Shown here in pieces: positions 37,347 to 50,703 of a stretch of DNA of 64,000 bases. The notes under the pieces are model-generated. The model was given only the letters and a program-made list of their open reading frames with translations, ran no database searches and had not been told where the DNA came from. Within the stretch, counting starts at the first letter, position 1. Every line of letters starts with the position of its first letter. Origin of the DNA: Takakia lepidozioides (lineage: Eukaryota > Plantae > Bryophyta); the NCBI GenBank assembly GCA_030704615.1, contig CM060733.1, positions 74,400,001 through 74,464,000 on the forward strand, given 5' to 3'. Both the position numbers and the translations under genes were made by a program.

Positions 37347-37600
37347 GTAAACTTTTCTTTAACAATACTGAATGTGAAGGTGACATAAACTGTACACCTC
37401 GTCTCGTGTACCCCACTAGTATCACAGGTGCTCGTAGTAACACTCCCCTCTCAGCAACTAATGACACTTCTGTGATGAAACCCCATAACCAAACCAATTG
37501 TCGATCCGTCTCTGACCCCATTCTACACGGTAACCGAGTAGAGAACCCAACCTCACTGTAAGAGAAACCCTGGTGGTCTGGTGGTCATCACCCCAGCCTG
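37347..37600 (-). mobile_element. 5' part of a gag remnant (same family as 28914-29615), inverted
   Basis: Its reverse complement aligns with ~28830-29030. Confidence 0.8.
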
Positions 37601-39049
37601 ACTATATATGACTACATGAAATATTCGAGTGAGTACATGAATACATGTAGCGACCTGTGATTGTGCAATATATATACACGTGTAAAAAATTAAAATGGAT
37701 TAATGTTGCAATGTTTGATGGGATCAAAAATGCATATGCCATTATACGAGTGTCCATAGGTGGTTTTGCAAACAGCAAACAGTGAGAATGAATATGAAAA
37801 ACAGAGAAAAACAACGAAACACAATTTTCTTAGACTCTACAAGTGTTGTTCCATCGTCTTGGCTTGCACTATCTATCAGCTCAATGCGCCAACAATGTTA
37901 TAGTGAGATTATGTCTCTGTTTTTTTCCCTTCCCTCAAATTCCTCAATCGCATTTCTCGCATCTTTTTCCTCGGTCTATATCTAGTTGTAGTTCCCAACC
38001 AACATGGAAGGTGAAATAGATAGTACCACATGTGTAATTCATAGCACAATAATAACTGCCTTCCAACCTTTCGAAGCTTGCCGCTGTAAACAGCGAGTGT
38101 TCAGAAGTGTCAGGTCTTCAAAAAAGAAAATGTCGTTGGTGCCTATCCAGTCCAGTACGATAGAACATGTTGCCATCATTTTCTCAGATTTCTCAGCTTT
38201 CTATTCTTCATCCAATTCCTTCGCTCTCCAGTACTTGCCCATGATCCATGATGAATAGTACATTCATTTTAGTTTGAGAACCATTTTGAGAGTTCCAAAG
38301 TGAGGGATCACAACTATCACGCAACACTGTGCATGAAGACATGAGCCCGATGAAAGGAAAAATGAAGCATGAGTGAACAGGCAGGGAAGAGAAGCCCCCC
38401 ATGTTGTGCCATGTTCTCGCCAAAATGGAGCTCAACTGTGCCACATTAAAGGAGCCAAATAACCCACAATCAATTTCTAGGAAAATAATTGACAATGGGA
38501 CCATATTACACAAACATAATGAAATTTTGGATTGTATAGAATCTCTATCAATTGTCCATACAGTGGCTTGATGATCTACCAGTTTCATAGACCTGCCATT
38601 TCTAAGTGTGTTTGTGGGCTTTCCCTATATGATGACCACAGTGGACTTTTGACACGTGGGTGCAACTTCGCCACGGTCTTCATTGCGGACATATAGCTGC
38701 GTGGCTATGTGCCGGAACTGCTTGTGTTCTCTTGGAGGCAGGACACGTGCCGTACCCGCACTGCTTCGCGCAGGTGTATAGTTACGATTTAATACTACAC
38801 AAATACTGACCACTAGTTGATGAAAGAAGTGGCAAGTTATTTCAACGACTGCGTATGGCAAACGAGGATGGGCCACGTGCACATTGTTTGCGCCACCACG
38901 CGACACGATTATTAGAGCGTTTTTGGCTAGTTGGCTTCATGACTGCAAAGTTGTTCAATACCTCTCGTGGTAATTAACTCTTTGTAAGCGACAAAACTAG
39001 CTAGTGCCTCCAGCGACTCGCATGGCATTCCAGATCGGGGGATGCTAGA

Positions 39050-39767
39050 GTGTGAGCCTAGTCACGCGAGCCCAGGAGCATGTGAGCCCAAGAGCCTGAC
39101 GTGAGCCCAGTCCACGTGGCACGAGAATGGGGGAAGATGCAGGGTGTATTTCCGCGGATGAGCACCCATTACCGCGGAAACACGGCAAACATGGCAAATC
39201 GACAAACACAGCAAACACGACAAATCGGCAAACGCGGCAAACCCTAACCCTAACCCTTAGCGTACTGCCATGTTCGTGAAGGAAAACAGGTTGGGAATTA
39301 AGCTGACGTCATTACCGCAGAAACACGGCAAACACGGCAAACCGGGGAAACACTGCAAATCGGAACCTCAAACCCTAACCCTAACCCTTAGCGAATTGCC
39401 ATGTTCGTGGATGGAAACAGGGCTGGGAATTAAGCGGGCATTAGGCAGATGAGATTTTATTTTTTTATTTTTTATTTGTTTTCCGCCCCCCCCCTCCCCG
39501 GGCATTTGGGTAGATGTCGTCGACGATCATCGTGAATGCATGATCATGAAGAAATTGAGAGCGTTGACACACTCAGTTCTGCGTTTTGGGGGGGGGATAT
39601 ATATATATATATATTTTGTTCTCTTTCCTCCCCCGCGCCCCCCGGGAGAACTGAGTGCGTCAACGCACTCAATTTCTTCATGATTTCAGGATGATCATCG
39701 ACGACAGGTGCGGGTCCGGATTTTCACCCCGGGTACCCGGCGGGTTTTGGGGGGGGGGGAAAAAAAC

Positions 39768-39816
<49 letters not shown>

Positions 39817-41060
39817 AGAATTGAGTGCGTCAACACGCTCAATTTTTTCATGATCATGATTTCAGGATGATCATTGACGACATCGACGACAGTGTTGTGC
39901 GGGTCCGGATTTTCACCCCGGGTACCCGACGGGTTAGGGTCAGCGTTTTTTCGCCATTTGGCCGCCTGAAAATCCCCTTGGCAAATTATACAAAGGGAAA
40001 AAGAGGTCCAAATAAGGCAGTTTTCGCCAAAAACTGGGGGTCTCAAAAAGGTCCTCGTCTGTGGATCCACGGGGGTAGCACAGATGTAGCCATGGTGGGC
40101 CCCATGTAGGATGATCTAAGGGGCCAGAGGAGTGAGTTTAGGATTGTGGGGCCTCCTCCGTTTCTCAAGGAGATGCTCGTCGCCAGTCTTGCAAGAACTA
40201 TACAGCTTTCAACTATTTCTGTACTTCACCTTCTATTGCTCATCAACATCCATTTGATTTGCAAAATATGGCAATGGTGGAAATACATGTAGCCTCCCAA
40301 TTCGAGGAAAATTACCTAGAGTGGGCCACTACCCTACACCCAATATATATAGCCACTCCTACCCGTTTTCAAAATCCCTAAAAAAACCCTGGTTAGGATC
40401 CAGGTTACCTATCCGGATCCGGACCCGTGCCATCACCAAAAACTCGGACCTTGACCCGGGTTCATTTTAAAAACGGACCCGGACCCGCCAGCTAGGTCCA
40501 GAACCCGTTAAACCCGCTACTCGCGGGCCAGAGTTGGTATAGACATCTCTCCTAGTTCACTAGTTGACTTTCTAGAGAGTTCTACTTTCTAGATAGTTCT
40601 ACTATTGTCGGTGGGTTGAAAAGCAACTCACTAGTGGGTGTGGCTGCTGCAGGAGTATACTTATAGGAACAGTGACCACAAAAGGTTGGGGTTTGGTGAG
40701 AGTGGGGCTAGGTGGGATCGCGGCTTGGGGCTCGTCTTCAAGGTGGAGCACTTGGGGCTGGTGGAGGGTGGGACCAGCTGCGTGAAGTGCTTAGGATGGG
40801 AGTGCTTGGGGTTGACGAAGTAGGGTTTAGGGGGAATTGGGTCGATCGTCGTGCTTATAAAGGGGACTCAATATGTCGTGTTTGCCGTGTTTGGAAGTTT
40901 TGCCGTGTTCACCTCTTCTTCCAAAATATACGCTTCCACGGTAATAGGACCCCTCTAAACCATGTCCTCGGTTATAGGACTTGCTTCTCCCTCCTCTAAA
41001 CCCTAGGCTCTTAGAGGGCAAAGCGTGAGCCGAGCTCCTGGGCTCACGCGGCTAGGCTCA
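39050..41060. mobile_element. Degenerate fold-back-like DNA element with inverted subterminal blocks
   Basis: GTGAGCCTAG..GAGCCCAGGAGC (39052-39079) is inverted at ~41032-41061. AAACACGGC and AACCCTA repeats at 39175-39390 are inverted at 40820-40910. No TSD identified. Confidence 0.5.
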
Positions 41061-41563
41061 CGCCGTAGCTACGCTCATTCCGGATCTAGCCATCCGCAGG
41101 CCTAAGGCCACACCACGTGGCGCGGTGAGTTGTCTGCTGGTGGCCTTCACGACTTGCAAGTGGAGTCGACAACTCCGGAAACCACTTGCAGTGGTTTATG
41201 TTGAAGTGATAGATGCAACTAGAGGTTTGAAATGCACTACTTTGCTAGCATATAAATCGACAATGGTTTGGGAAGCAGGCACTCGTAGTGGTTGCAGCGA
41301 CTTGGGAGCTGCAATTTGGGAGCTGCGACTTGTAATTCATACATGTGCAAAACTATTTCTAGTGACTCCAAATAACAGGACAGATGCTACGATGGCCCTA
41401 CTAGCATTGCATGTCACATAATCCCCTGCACACTGCCACTGATCATCTCATTGCGGATGTGATTGAGACTTCATGTCGCATACAGATCATCCCATCAAAG
41501 CACGAAAAGAAATAAACATGATGAAGACCACATAACATTGTATGAAGACAATACCTCAAAATT

Positions 41564-41797
41564 GTCCCATACAATGCACAAACTCATGAGTCCGTAACTT
41601 CCATGATTGGAACAAAAATACAAGCTCGCATATGGTTCTCCTGCAGCTAACTAAAAAATCACTTCATGCCGCCAGCCTGAGTCCCATACAATGCACAAAC
41701 TCATGAGTCCGTAACTTCCATGATTGGAACAAAAATACAAGCTGTCGCATATGGTTCTCCTGCAGCTAACTAAAAAATCACTTCATGTTGCCAGCCT
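41564..41797. repeat. 117-bp tandem duplication
   Basis: 41564-41678 and 41681-41797 are nearly identical. Confidence 0.92.
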
Positions 41798-42470
41798 TCC
41801 TCAGGCTGCGGACAGGCCACAGCGTGTAACTGCCCTTCGCGTGCGCAAGTGTGGTCTGTGGGGGATCATTGTTGTGGTTTGGGAAAGGTAAGTGGACCTT
41901 TCCATTGCTGAAATCTGTAACCTTGATCTTGTACCAGCCTGTCTGTATGTCTTTTCCATGAAACTTGTCTCTACCTACGACTCCGGCCACGTGCCCTGTG
42001 GCAACAGCGGACTTCACCCGCTTGTCATGAGGATTCAGTAGATACACTGTCTCCCCCATCTGCCAAGACAAGCATGAATTGGAAGTCATAATCGCAATGA
42101 CTAAACTGAAAACCCTCAAATCAAAGCAGCAACCCTACATAGCAGCAAACCCTGAGCAAAAAAAACCCTAGCCAAACAAAACTGGCAGATTGAACACCCA
42201 ACAACAAGCCCACCAGGAAACCCGATACAACCAAAGGTAGGAAGGTAAGCAATTACCTTGAACCCTGCAGATGCAGACTATTGGGGGGCAGTCGCTGCCA
42301 CTTGATGACGCGTTGGCCCTCACATATATTGCCACCGTCTTTGCAGGGGACCCGCCTTCCACATCCTTTCTTGCCTGCACACAAACATGCTGACCAGAAG
42401 CATGAGCGTGGCATCGACACTTTGGTACACTGCCTGGCTATGCTGAAAGCACTGACACAAACATGCATGG
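41778..42470 (-). mobile_element. CACTA TnpA-like (Tnp1/En-Spm C-terminal) gene remnant
   Basis: VYLLNP..VATGHV..FHGKDIQTGWYKIKV..LPFPN..PPQTTLAHAKGSYTLWP resembles the C-terminal domain of En/Spm TnpA-like proteins. Confidence 0.65.
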
Positions 42471-43799
42471 GGGGGTACTTTTACCTGGCGAGCTGTAGAA
42501 GTCTGCGCCAGGCCAGCGGGCTCTTTGGCGCTGGGCGTTCGGGTGGGTTATTCTTTCCAGGTCAGCTGTCGCAACTTACTGGAAACGTTGTGGCCGTTTT
42601 GCCTTGAGCTGTATTACGCAGCAGATGTCCCTTCCTTGACATCCATCTTCCTCCGAGGTGGAACCAAATGTACCCGGATTTATCATGTTGTGAGGGGAGT
42701 TCCCTATGCATGATGTAATTATCTCAATGACATGCAATTGCAGTAAGTACTATTTCGCCTCAATTCCCATCTCCTTGTTCAATGGACACTGTCGATCATC
42801 ATTTGTTTTTTTATCACAGAATATATCTGTGTCTGCTAAAGCATATCTCGAGAAAAAATAAATGCTTGCCGTATCAAGCATTCTGCAGTATACTAATGCT
42901 CCCTGTATGGCACAGCGACTTCCCGCACGGGGATTCTAACTTTAAATCCTTTGTCATTTTCACCTTACCCCGCTGCAACATTCCTCGTAGAGAGAGAAAA
43001 GTCAGAAGCAGTGAGCGGGTAAAAAGTGAGTTTGTAGAGCAGTGGTTGCTGCTCCCCTCATATGAATGAAGGGCGTCAGGCACAAGAAAACCCAGAAGGG
43101 CCTGTGACCTTTTGGCAAGTAGATAGAATGCTACGTTATTCCAGAGTATGGTCCTCTGAGATACAACAGCGGATCCAATCGTTTTCTAGGTCAAGAATTT
43201 CATCATGAGCTCTATGAAATCCATGAGAGGTCCATGCGAGTCATGAACATGGTTAGATTGTAGTTAGAAAATGGTGCGTCTATTTCATGGGTAGGGTCCT
43301 CGGATATCCAATATTTTCTGTTGACGCGGGAGTCACTGGCTAGTACTCCCAGAAGCATCATGTTTAGGAGTTTTTTAGACCCTTCCGGATTCGAGTCAAG
43401 GTCGTAGTTCACATTGAGCGATTTACCATGAGCTGTGCAAAACCAGGAGAGGTCCCTGCAAGCCATGTCAAGTAGTGTAGAACCAAAGTCCTTCCAAGGT
43501 TTAAGCAGAAGCAGAGAGAAAGGACAGTGGGATTTGTAGAGTATGCATTTGTGAGCACAATGGTTATCTCTTTCAAAGAATCAACCCTCATTGAAATCTG
43601 CAATTCCTGACTCTACATTGTGGTCTAAATAGGACCTTCCTAGTTCAAAACTAGGATATAGCTCTCATAGTGGCAAATGAAACTCCACCATGCCCAACCA
43701 ATGAAACGACCATTCCAGGACTGAGCAACGGAAATGTGTACCCTGACTTCATGTGCCGGCCGGAGTGGTGAGCAAGAGGACCAAGGAATGAAAACCCAC

Positions 43800-43980
43800 C
43801 TGCATTCGTGAAGTAGGCCTGACCCAACTCTGAAATCCTCGGAACTCTCATATAGCGAACGTGCCAGGAAAGACGCGTTTTGTGGGGCCTTGCCGTCCTC
43901 CCATGTCGAGGCCACCAAAACTACGAATCTTTCTTTGGACAGATCTTCCGGTTCATATCAAGCTAGGTCGACTAGATCTA
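43800..43980 (-). pseudogene. TYW1: TYW1 flavodoxin-domain exon, 3' half (inverted)
   Basis: DLVDLA*YEPEDLSKERFVVLVASTWEDGKAPQNASFLARSLYESSEDFRVGSGLLHECR, then a GT donor. It continues directly from the 37346 half. Confidence 0.8.
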
Positions 43981-44600
43981 TTCACGTCGCAGGTAAAGCT
44001 ATTTCCTTGTTACTTTTGTGGGACACAATAGAAAAGATGTATGGAGCTACTAAGGGGTAGTATAAGTACTTTGGAGCTATGGGGACTATCGAGTTGGACG
44101 ATTTCATTCAGTAGTTTGATAGTTGGTGTGATTTGCAGCAGATGCGCAATCCACAATTGTCTACGTCTGTATGGCGTGGAAGGGGTTATTTCAGATCTTC
44201 AAAGGCCACCCATGGATTATTACCATGAACTTAGGCAGGGACCTGAAGTGGAGATTGAGGAGTGGCGGACGTATTGGTCCCCTAACTAAATCTCCATCAC
44301 AAGAGGCACAGTGGCAGCATTAGTGGAACAAGTGGTTTTGGAGCTGTAACGTCTAATACAACTCCTACTACAACATCGACACATGTGTCTGCCTTCAACC
44401 CGGTTCTGGAGTAATTCTCTTAAGTGCTGAGGATGAAACATCAATGGGTGAGGACAGCGAAGTTGCAGAGCTTGCAAAAGTTCCAACGCAAGCCTACTGA
44501 GAGTTTGAGGGAGGCGTACACTTGTAATAGGCGTTTGATAAATGTAAACCAAGGGGTTACGGAAGCTCAAGTAGTCCAATCTGGTATGGGATATTGGATA
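43981..44600 (+). mobile_element. 3' part of the gag remnant
   Basis: Aligns with 29050-29615 (MYGATKG, ELDDFI, PPMDYYHE, KLQSLQKFQR). Confidence 0.8.
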
Positions 44601-45148
44601 ATGCAAGTCATAACAATAATGCCATACTTACCACAATGACCAGTCACAATACAACTGTGTAGGCTGCACCTTTGTCGACCTTTTGCCTCTATTTGAGCAA
44701 TCATTCTTAACATGGGATCCTCAACATGTCCAGCAGACCACTTCCGGCTGCTACTGACCTGCAAATGAAGGAAATGGAATTTGAGCCCATTTGTTGTTCT
44801 GACCACGCCGGGGTGGTGGTTGTTGTTGGCTAAGAGTACCGTTTCATTGTGTCTCCTTGCCAAATCCCACCATCACCACTCGCTCCTCCACCATATTGAG
44901 CTCTATCTGCAGAAACTATGGTGGATTTGCCTCCTAAGGTATTTATATTCAATTATGCTAGCACTCCCCTCTTTCTCTTTAAAAACCTCTAGAGAGCGTG
45001 GGGATAGATATCACCCTAATCGCGTATCTCTCCTAACATTCACCGTGTCTTTCTCCCCAAAAACTATCTTGTTGATGTTCTTACAATGTATTGTATCAAC
45101 AGTGTGACAAGTTAACAGATCATGTACAACACCACACAATTTTTGGCT

Positions 45149-45620
45149 TCACATTTCAAACAGAAGGTAATTTTCAAATGATTCCAAAAAATCAGATCTT
45201 TTCACGTGTATCTTCAGGTGTGGCAAGTCGAACAAACATGTTCGCCGTTTAACAACATGCTTCTTGGAAGGATCATGTTCACCTCCAACTCTCCCCCCCT
45301 CAGCCAACCATTTTGCATAGTCAGTGGCAACGTCATCGATTTCAGATGCAGTTACAGTGGGAGGTGCCGATCTCACGTTGTGCTTGCCATTGAACAAACA
45401 CGATCTCATGAATGGATGGTTGTTGGGGAGGAATATCTTGAATCACAAGTTTGCCAACATGCATGGCAAGCCACATATCCTTTTGTGCCAACATTCCATA
45501 TGCAGGCAAATCGTGGATAGACCACATCAAAATGGTGCATAAAGTAAACGACTGCAGGAGCCTTGGGCTAGACAGGTCATAGGTCAGCACTCCATACCAC
45601 TAAATCTGTGATTCTTTTAA
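45149..45620 (-). mobile_element. CACTA TnpD (Transposase_21) remnant
   Basis: ILMWSIHDLPAYGML, TKGYVACHAC, LPNNHPF..FNGK..APP and KRRTCLFDLPHLK, frameshifted. Confidence 0.75.
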
Positions 45621-46966
45621 TAGTGACTCAATGTGATGGAGCTGAAATGAATTGAACATAATGGTTGGTCAGTAGTATTCTACAACTCCCCTTACCTTCT
45701 ATCAGTGCTGGGTGATTCCCCATGTGACACGCCTTTAAGGCTCCTAAGGAGGTTCCTTATTTGTTCCTCCTCTCTGTGCTCATTTTGACGCTCCAATAAA
45801 GTTATCTGCAGGGTATCAGCCCCTTTCTTTGAATTTTTTTTTTTTTTAAGGAAAAACATAATGGAACTTAAGGAATTTTGATTGCAAAATTTGGACCGAC
45901 ACACCTAAGAAAGGATAAGTAGCAACCATGCAAATGGACATGGGCACCTATGCAGATGTAGTAAAAGTAGCAACCAATGCAGATGGCCCAACCCATGTTC
46001 ATTTATTGTGCACATATTTGACCACCTTATCTTGAGATCGGAAATAGATGTGCACAGAAGTCGGATTGTTGAAGATACCAGAGAACAGAGACCAAGTTAA
46101 ACCACAATCATTGCTTTTCCCTCCATTCCGCCAACCCAATCAGTACCATACAAGTCAAAAACCTTAAACATATCACCGAGACCGAGAGCGCAATCCATTT
46201 TAACCACAGGATCAAGTCCATAGATCCTATAGGGCGCCGCTGCAGCATAAACGAACAATGACCAATTCTCCATAAAGCACGGCAGCAGCTTGTCTGCCAG
46301 TTTGTGAATTGAAGATACCTGCATAGGAGCAGCAAATTCGTTTATAACCGCACCTCCCAATGAAATTGACAACGCGGAATCAAGCCGCTAAGTCGTCAAG
46401 CCGCCATCACGCAGCTCCAGGGAAAAACCAAAGCCCAAGTGTCGGGTTGTTAGGTTTAGAGAGCCACATGATCAACTATTCATCCACGCCGTCCATTTCT
46501 TGCGAGTTCTACCCTCAAATTCCAGAAATCCACTCGGAAATTCTGTCCAGGAAGAGTAGAATACAAAGGAAACCACAACTGAAATGGATTACGTACAGTG
46601 CAATTCATTGTGCAACCAGATATGACTACCAAGAGCTCTAAATTTGTTTCACAGACATTGTACAATTCCCATTCTTCGCATCAGCATCAGGAGAAAAAGA
46701 GCTGACTGAGTGATCAGATAGCTTTTGGTGTGTAAAAAGTTTTGTCTGGAGGTTGACTTAAAGAGAACATTAGCGGGTGAAAAACACAAGAAAGATATTG
46801 AAATTCAATTAATGTAAGGAATGCCAGCCTATTTGCTATTGCATACCCTGCTCACTCCTTAGCACAAACCCTGCCCTCTGAATCCTAGCAAAGTGATGAC
46901 TCAATATTTTTCTCAATAAATCCCAACCTACCTTTCAAAGCTAGAGTTGAATGATTTTACACAAAT

Positions 46967-49498
46967 TTACAGTGGTTGATTCCCAGGCGCTGCTACCATC
47001 TGTTGCTGCATCTGCATCTGACAATCCAAATTCACATAGCTCACTGTTCCTGTCGGGATCCCCAACATACTTGAACAAGCATTTCAAGTCATCAACCTCC
47101 AGAAGAATTATGCCAGAGTTCTAACACAATATAAATGACAAGGATCTGGACTCACAAGCACCTGCATAAGTACAGTCAAACATTAGGCTAGCAGACAAGG
47201 ACTTCATGCCAGTATTACTTGCGAAAAAATCTTGATACACAACTAAAAGGCTTCATATTTGTGGTATACTAGACCAAACTATAAGAGAACATGTGAACAT
47301 AGCATGCACTGATGCATGAGACAGCGTACCACACTGGAAATAACAGTAACAGCAGCTTCCACAGCCTCACAACCACTAAGGCCTCACCTGAACCTTGTAT
47401 TTTCATAGGACATGGACATTTTTGTCTCGAACACAAAACTTGTTATGAGACTGTCAGAGAACGGACCTCTGGGGATTAGGGACAGAAACAGAAGTTGGGT
47501 GATACTAGTAATGAGGTACCTGATAGTTTCCTGGGTTCATCATCTGCAAGCAGTATAGCATCACAAGCAAAGTGTAAAGCGCCCATGACAATATGTATCA
47601 CTTGAGTGAGGACTGAGCATGAATGTAAGTGTGTGGGCAAGCGTGAGAGCCCCAAAACTACCACGAGTCACTGCATCTGTGTGTATCATATGCAGCAGCA
47701 AAGGCAACACATCCTTAATTGAGTCTTCATACATAGAGTCATGGGTACAGTTCCCCCTCCCTTGCAAAAACTAGCTACTGTCACTAGAATACTTGAGCAA
47801 CCACGTGACCAAGAAAATAGTAAAGGGAGGTCTCATGCTTTGATAAATCTTAGTTCTTAATTTCACACTTTACTCCACTTCCCCGTCCATGGTATCTGTC
47901 TGGTATATGATCCTCCTCCGTCTATACCATTCCTTGCACTTGGCCTTGGTAATCTCAAGTCACAACTCTTTTCTCAGGTGTTCTTTCTGGTAACATCTCA
48001 GAAAGTATAGGAGGCAACTCTCTCACCAGCTATCTCCCCGCCATCAAACGAGAGTCCACATCCACAACATCTGAGGGCCCATCCTGTTCAACATACCTGA
48101 GGTTGAATATATGCACTATAACCTCCCTGTTGTCCCATCTGCATCAACCAAGACATGTTCGTGGTTAATAGAAACAGGAGATTTATAACAACTTAGTTTT
48201 CAAGCATAGATGGCATCCCATTCCATTGAAAAGTTGGACGGATAGTGTGTAGAATACCTGGATGCCAGGTGACATCATACCACCTCCTTCCTTTTTCCCG
48301 GAAGATGGCTCTCCCCCGCTTTTGTTCATGGTTGCACCTTTATCCCCCTTCCGTACAAAGGTGTCGAAATTGCCACATAGCCAACATGTGTCCACAGTAA
48401 ATTACCAGTTTCCGGTGGAGTGATACATTTAAACCTTGCCCAATACAATTGTGGTGCAAAAACCATGCTTAGCCATATTCAGATGGCTGGTGCAACACCA
48501 CATAGGACAGCAAACAACGAGCTTGCTTCAGACGAAACACCAAATTGAAAACATGTTGGATTGTGGCAATGAATAGCACTCACCTCAGTCTAAGAAGGGA
48601 GTCCAGGTGAGTCCAGTAAGCACACACAGCCAATGGAATCGAGTATTAGATCTTCCATACACTGAGTCTCAAGCTACAACGTGCCACTAAAGATCGTGAC
48701 GAAACGGTGAAAAAAGACCAAAAACAGCAAATACTCCAGATTGTTCTCTAAAATAGAACAAACGACAGACCTAAACACCTAAGTTTTTCACCAGCACTGG
48801 GCGGGCCTCCATAATTTCTCTCAATGATCCGCACAATACAAATCTCAACCACATTAATGGGGCGCACCTCTCTGTACTTATGTAAATACACCTTCAAAGG
48901 CTCCACATAATCTTCAAACCCTAACGTGCTCATGGCCCAGAGCAGATCGTCGCCGTTAATCGTCTTCCTTTTCTCTCTCTGACACTTGTCACTTGCTCTG
49001 ATTTTGGTAAAGGATAGCGGCAAGAACAGATGCACACAACTGGCGAACACATACGCCTATGCTGTTCAGAAAATAGTCAAGAATGAGTTGGTATGCAACT
49101 TCGTTGTCCTCCCATGCTTCCAAGAGTAAGTACGATGCCGGCACTTTCAATGCAAAGGAGAAAAACAAGGCACACATTGAAAACCGATGATGAGGAGTAC
49201 TGTATGTCACAACTGCTGAAATTTCGCAAATGCAGCGATGTTTTCGCATGAAAGGATACTCGCTGGTAATGAAGCTGATGAACTCCGACACACACTCTTG
49301 CACAGTCTCCTTAGCATCTTTAGCAATCTTGGCGTTGGCGGGAAGTGCCTTCTTCATGATCCGGCTGATATTGGCAATTGGCAGGAAACGGTCCTGCTCG
49401 CGCACACTCGAATTATCACGGTCACCTCCACCCTGATTGTTGCCATAATCGTCAGAGTGGGGACTATCTTGGCTGCCCGGGCTTCCAGCTTCCGCCAT
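46967..49498 (-). CDS. NF-YB: Nuclear factor Y subunit B (HAP3/CBF-A), multi-exon with a 6-nt micro-exon
   Basis: [49 protein letters not shown]|[43 protein letters not shown]|TE|GDKG... The last exon [16 protein letters not shown] (stop 46967-46969) is less certain. Confidence 0.93.
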
Positions 49499-50436
49499 CG
49501 GACCTATTGCCAGGCCAAGAAGCGGCTTGCGTCAAAAACATGATCGAGGGAGAGGCGACTGGGGTGACAGTCACCCCCAAGGTTAGGGGGTGCGGTGCGG
49601 AGCCTACCCCGTACTACACAGAGCGTGATAAAAGGGCTTACCGGCAGCAGACAGTTGCGAGCGCAAAGCTCGGAATGTTTGCCAAACCAACACAATCCCA
49701 ACGCAAAGAGAGAGAGACAGCGTGTCTCTCCTCCCTCCCTTTCTCTCTCTCTCTCTCCCACACTGCTGTGCTTGCACTGCTCGCTGGATCCGTGCCTTCG
49801 CTCCCCGCTTCTGCTCCTCTGCACCCCTCTCATCTCCATCGCCGCCGTTCATCCCCTGCCCCTATCCCGGTTCTCATTCATCCGTTCACTCAGTCAACTC
49901 ACACGACGAGTAAGTTCATCCATTTCTGTTCTCCAGATCGCTCTCCACCATCCAATTGCATGTCCTGACATGCGTAACTGGGAACCATTCCCCACACTCA
50001 ACGGCAGCAGTTCTCCGCCAATGCGATACCCACATACCTATGGGCCATAGATATGCCGTCAAAGCTCTGCTTCAAAGTCGCACTAACCCCGCTTGCTATG
50101 AAAACGCCTGGATACTTGTTGAGCTTTGGCTCGCCAGGAACACCTGACTCTATTGGAAGAGGTCCAATGTGTTTCAAGCACCAGTTTGGGTTAGGGCACT
50201 GCATACCTTTTCTTGATGTTCCGAGTGACCTGGAGCTTGCGGATGCTATATCCAGCAAGAGACTTCCAAGCCCCTATGGAAGTGTTTATGACTTGAAGCT
50301 AATAGAGTACCAATGAGTGTTCAACCCTTAAATAAGGGAAAACAGCACCGTTGTCACTTGTAACATACTTATGAATTACACAATCATGTCCAGTAAAGCA
50401 GCCACTTCAGTGATCTCCACCCACATGCCTGATAAT

Positions 50437-50703
50437 CAGTGTTTTTATTTCTGGCGAAATTTCGCACTTTTACGACCTCAAAAATCAAAATCGAATATTC
50501 TGTCGTAAATTCCCTGTTTTCACATGGATGAAATCGAAAAAAATCTTGGATGAATTCGCCTAATGTGGATGATATACATGGATGAAAGTACAGAGGAGGA
50601 TGATTCTGTCCAAATTTCAGTGGATGAGCAGAAAATATGGCTATTTCCTGCAAAACTCAGTAGCCAGTCCTGTTCTTTTCAAAATTTGAAAAAAAAAACA
50701 CTG
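50437..50703. mobile_element. hAT-family MITE (267 bp)
   Basis: TIR CAGTGTTTTT/AAAAACACTG and 8-bp TSD CTGATAAT (50429-50436 and 50704-50711). Confidence 0.9.

Noticed and set aside
39238-39390. Interstitial telomere
   Set aside because: Only 2-3 CCCTAA units per cluster, embedded in subterminal-type repeats.
42870-43610. Further TYW1 exons
   Set aside because: Translations do not resemble the rest of the flavodoxin or the radical-SAM domain; identity unknown.
46097-46372. Possible host exon (SISLGGAVINEF..)
   Set aside because: No recognisable family or supporting exons.
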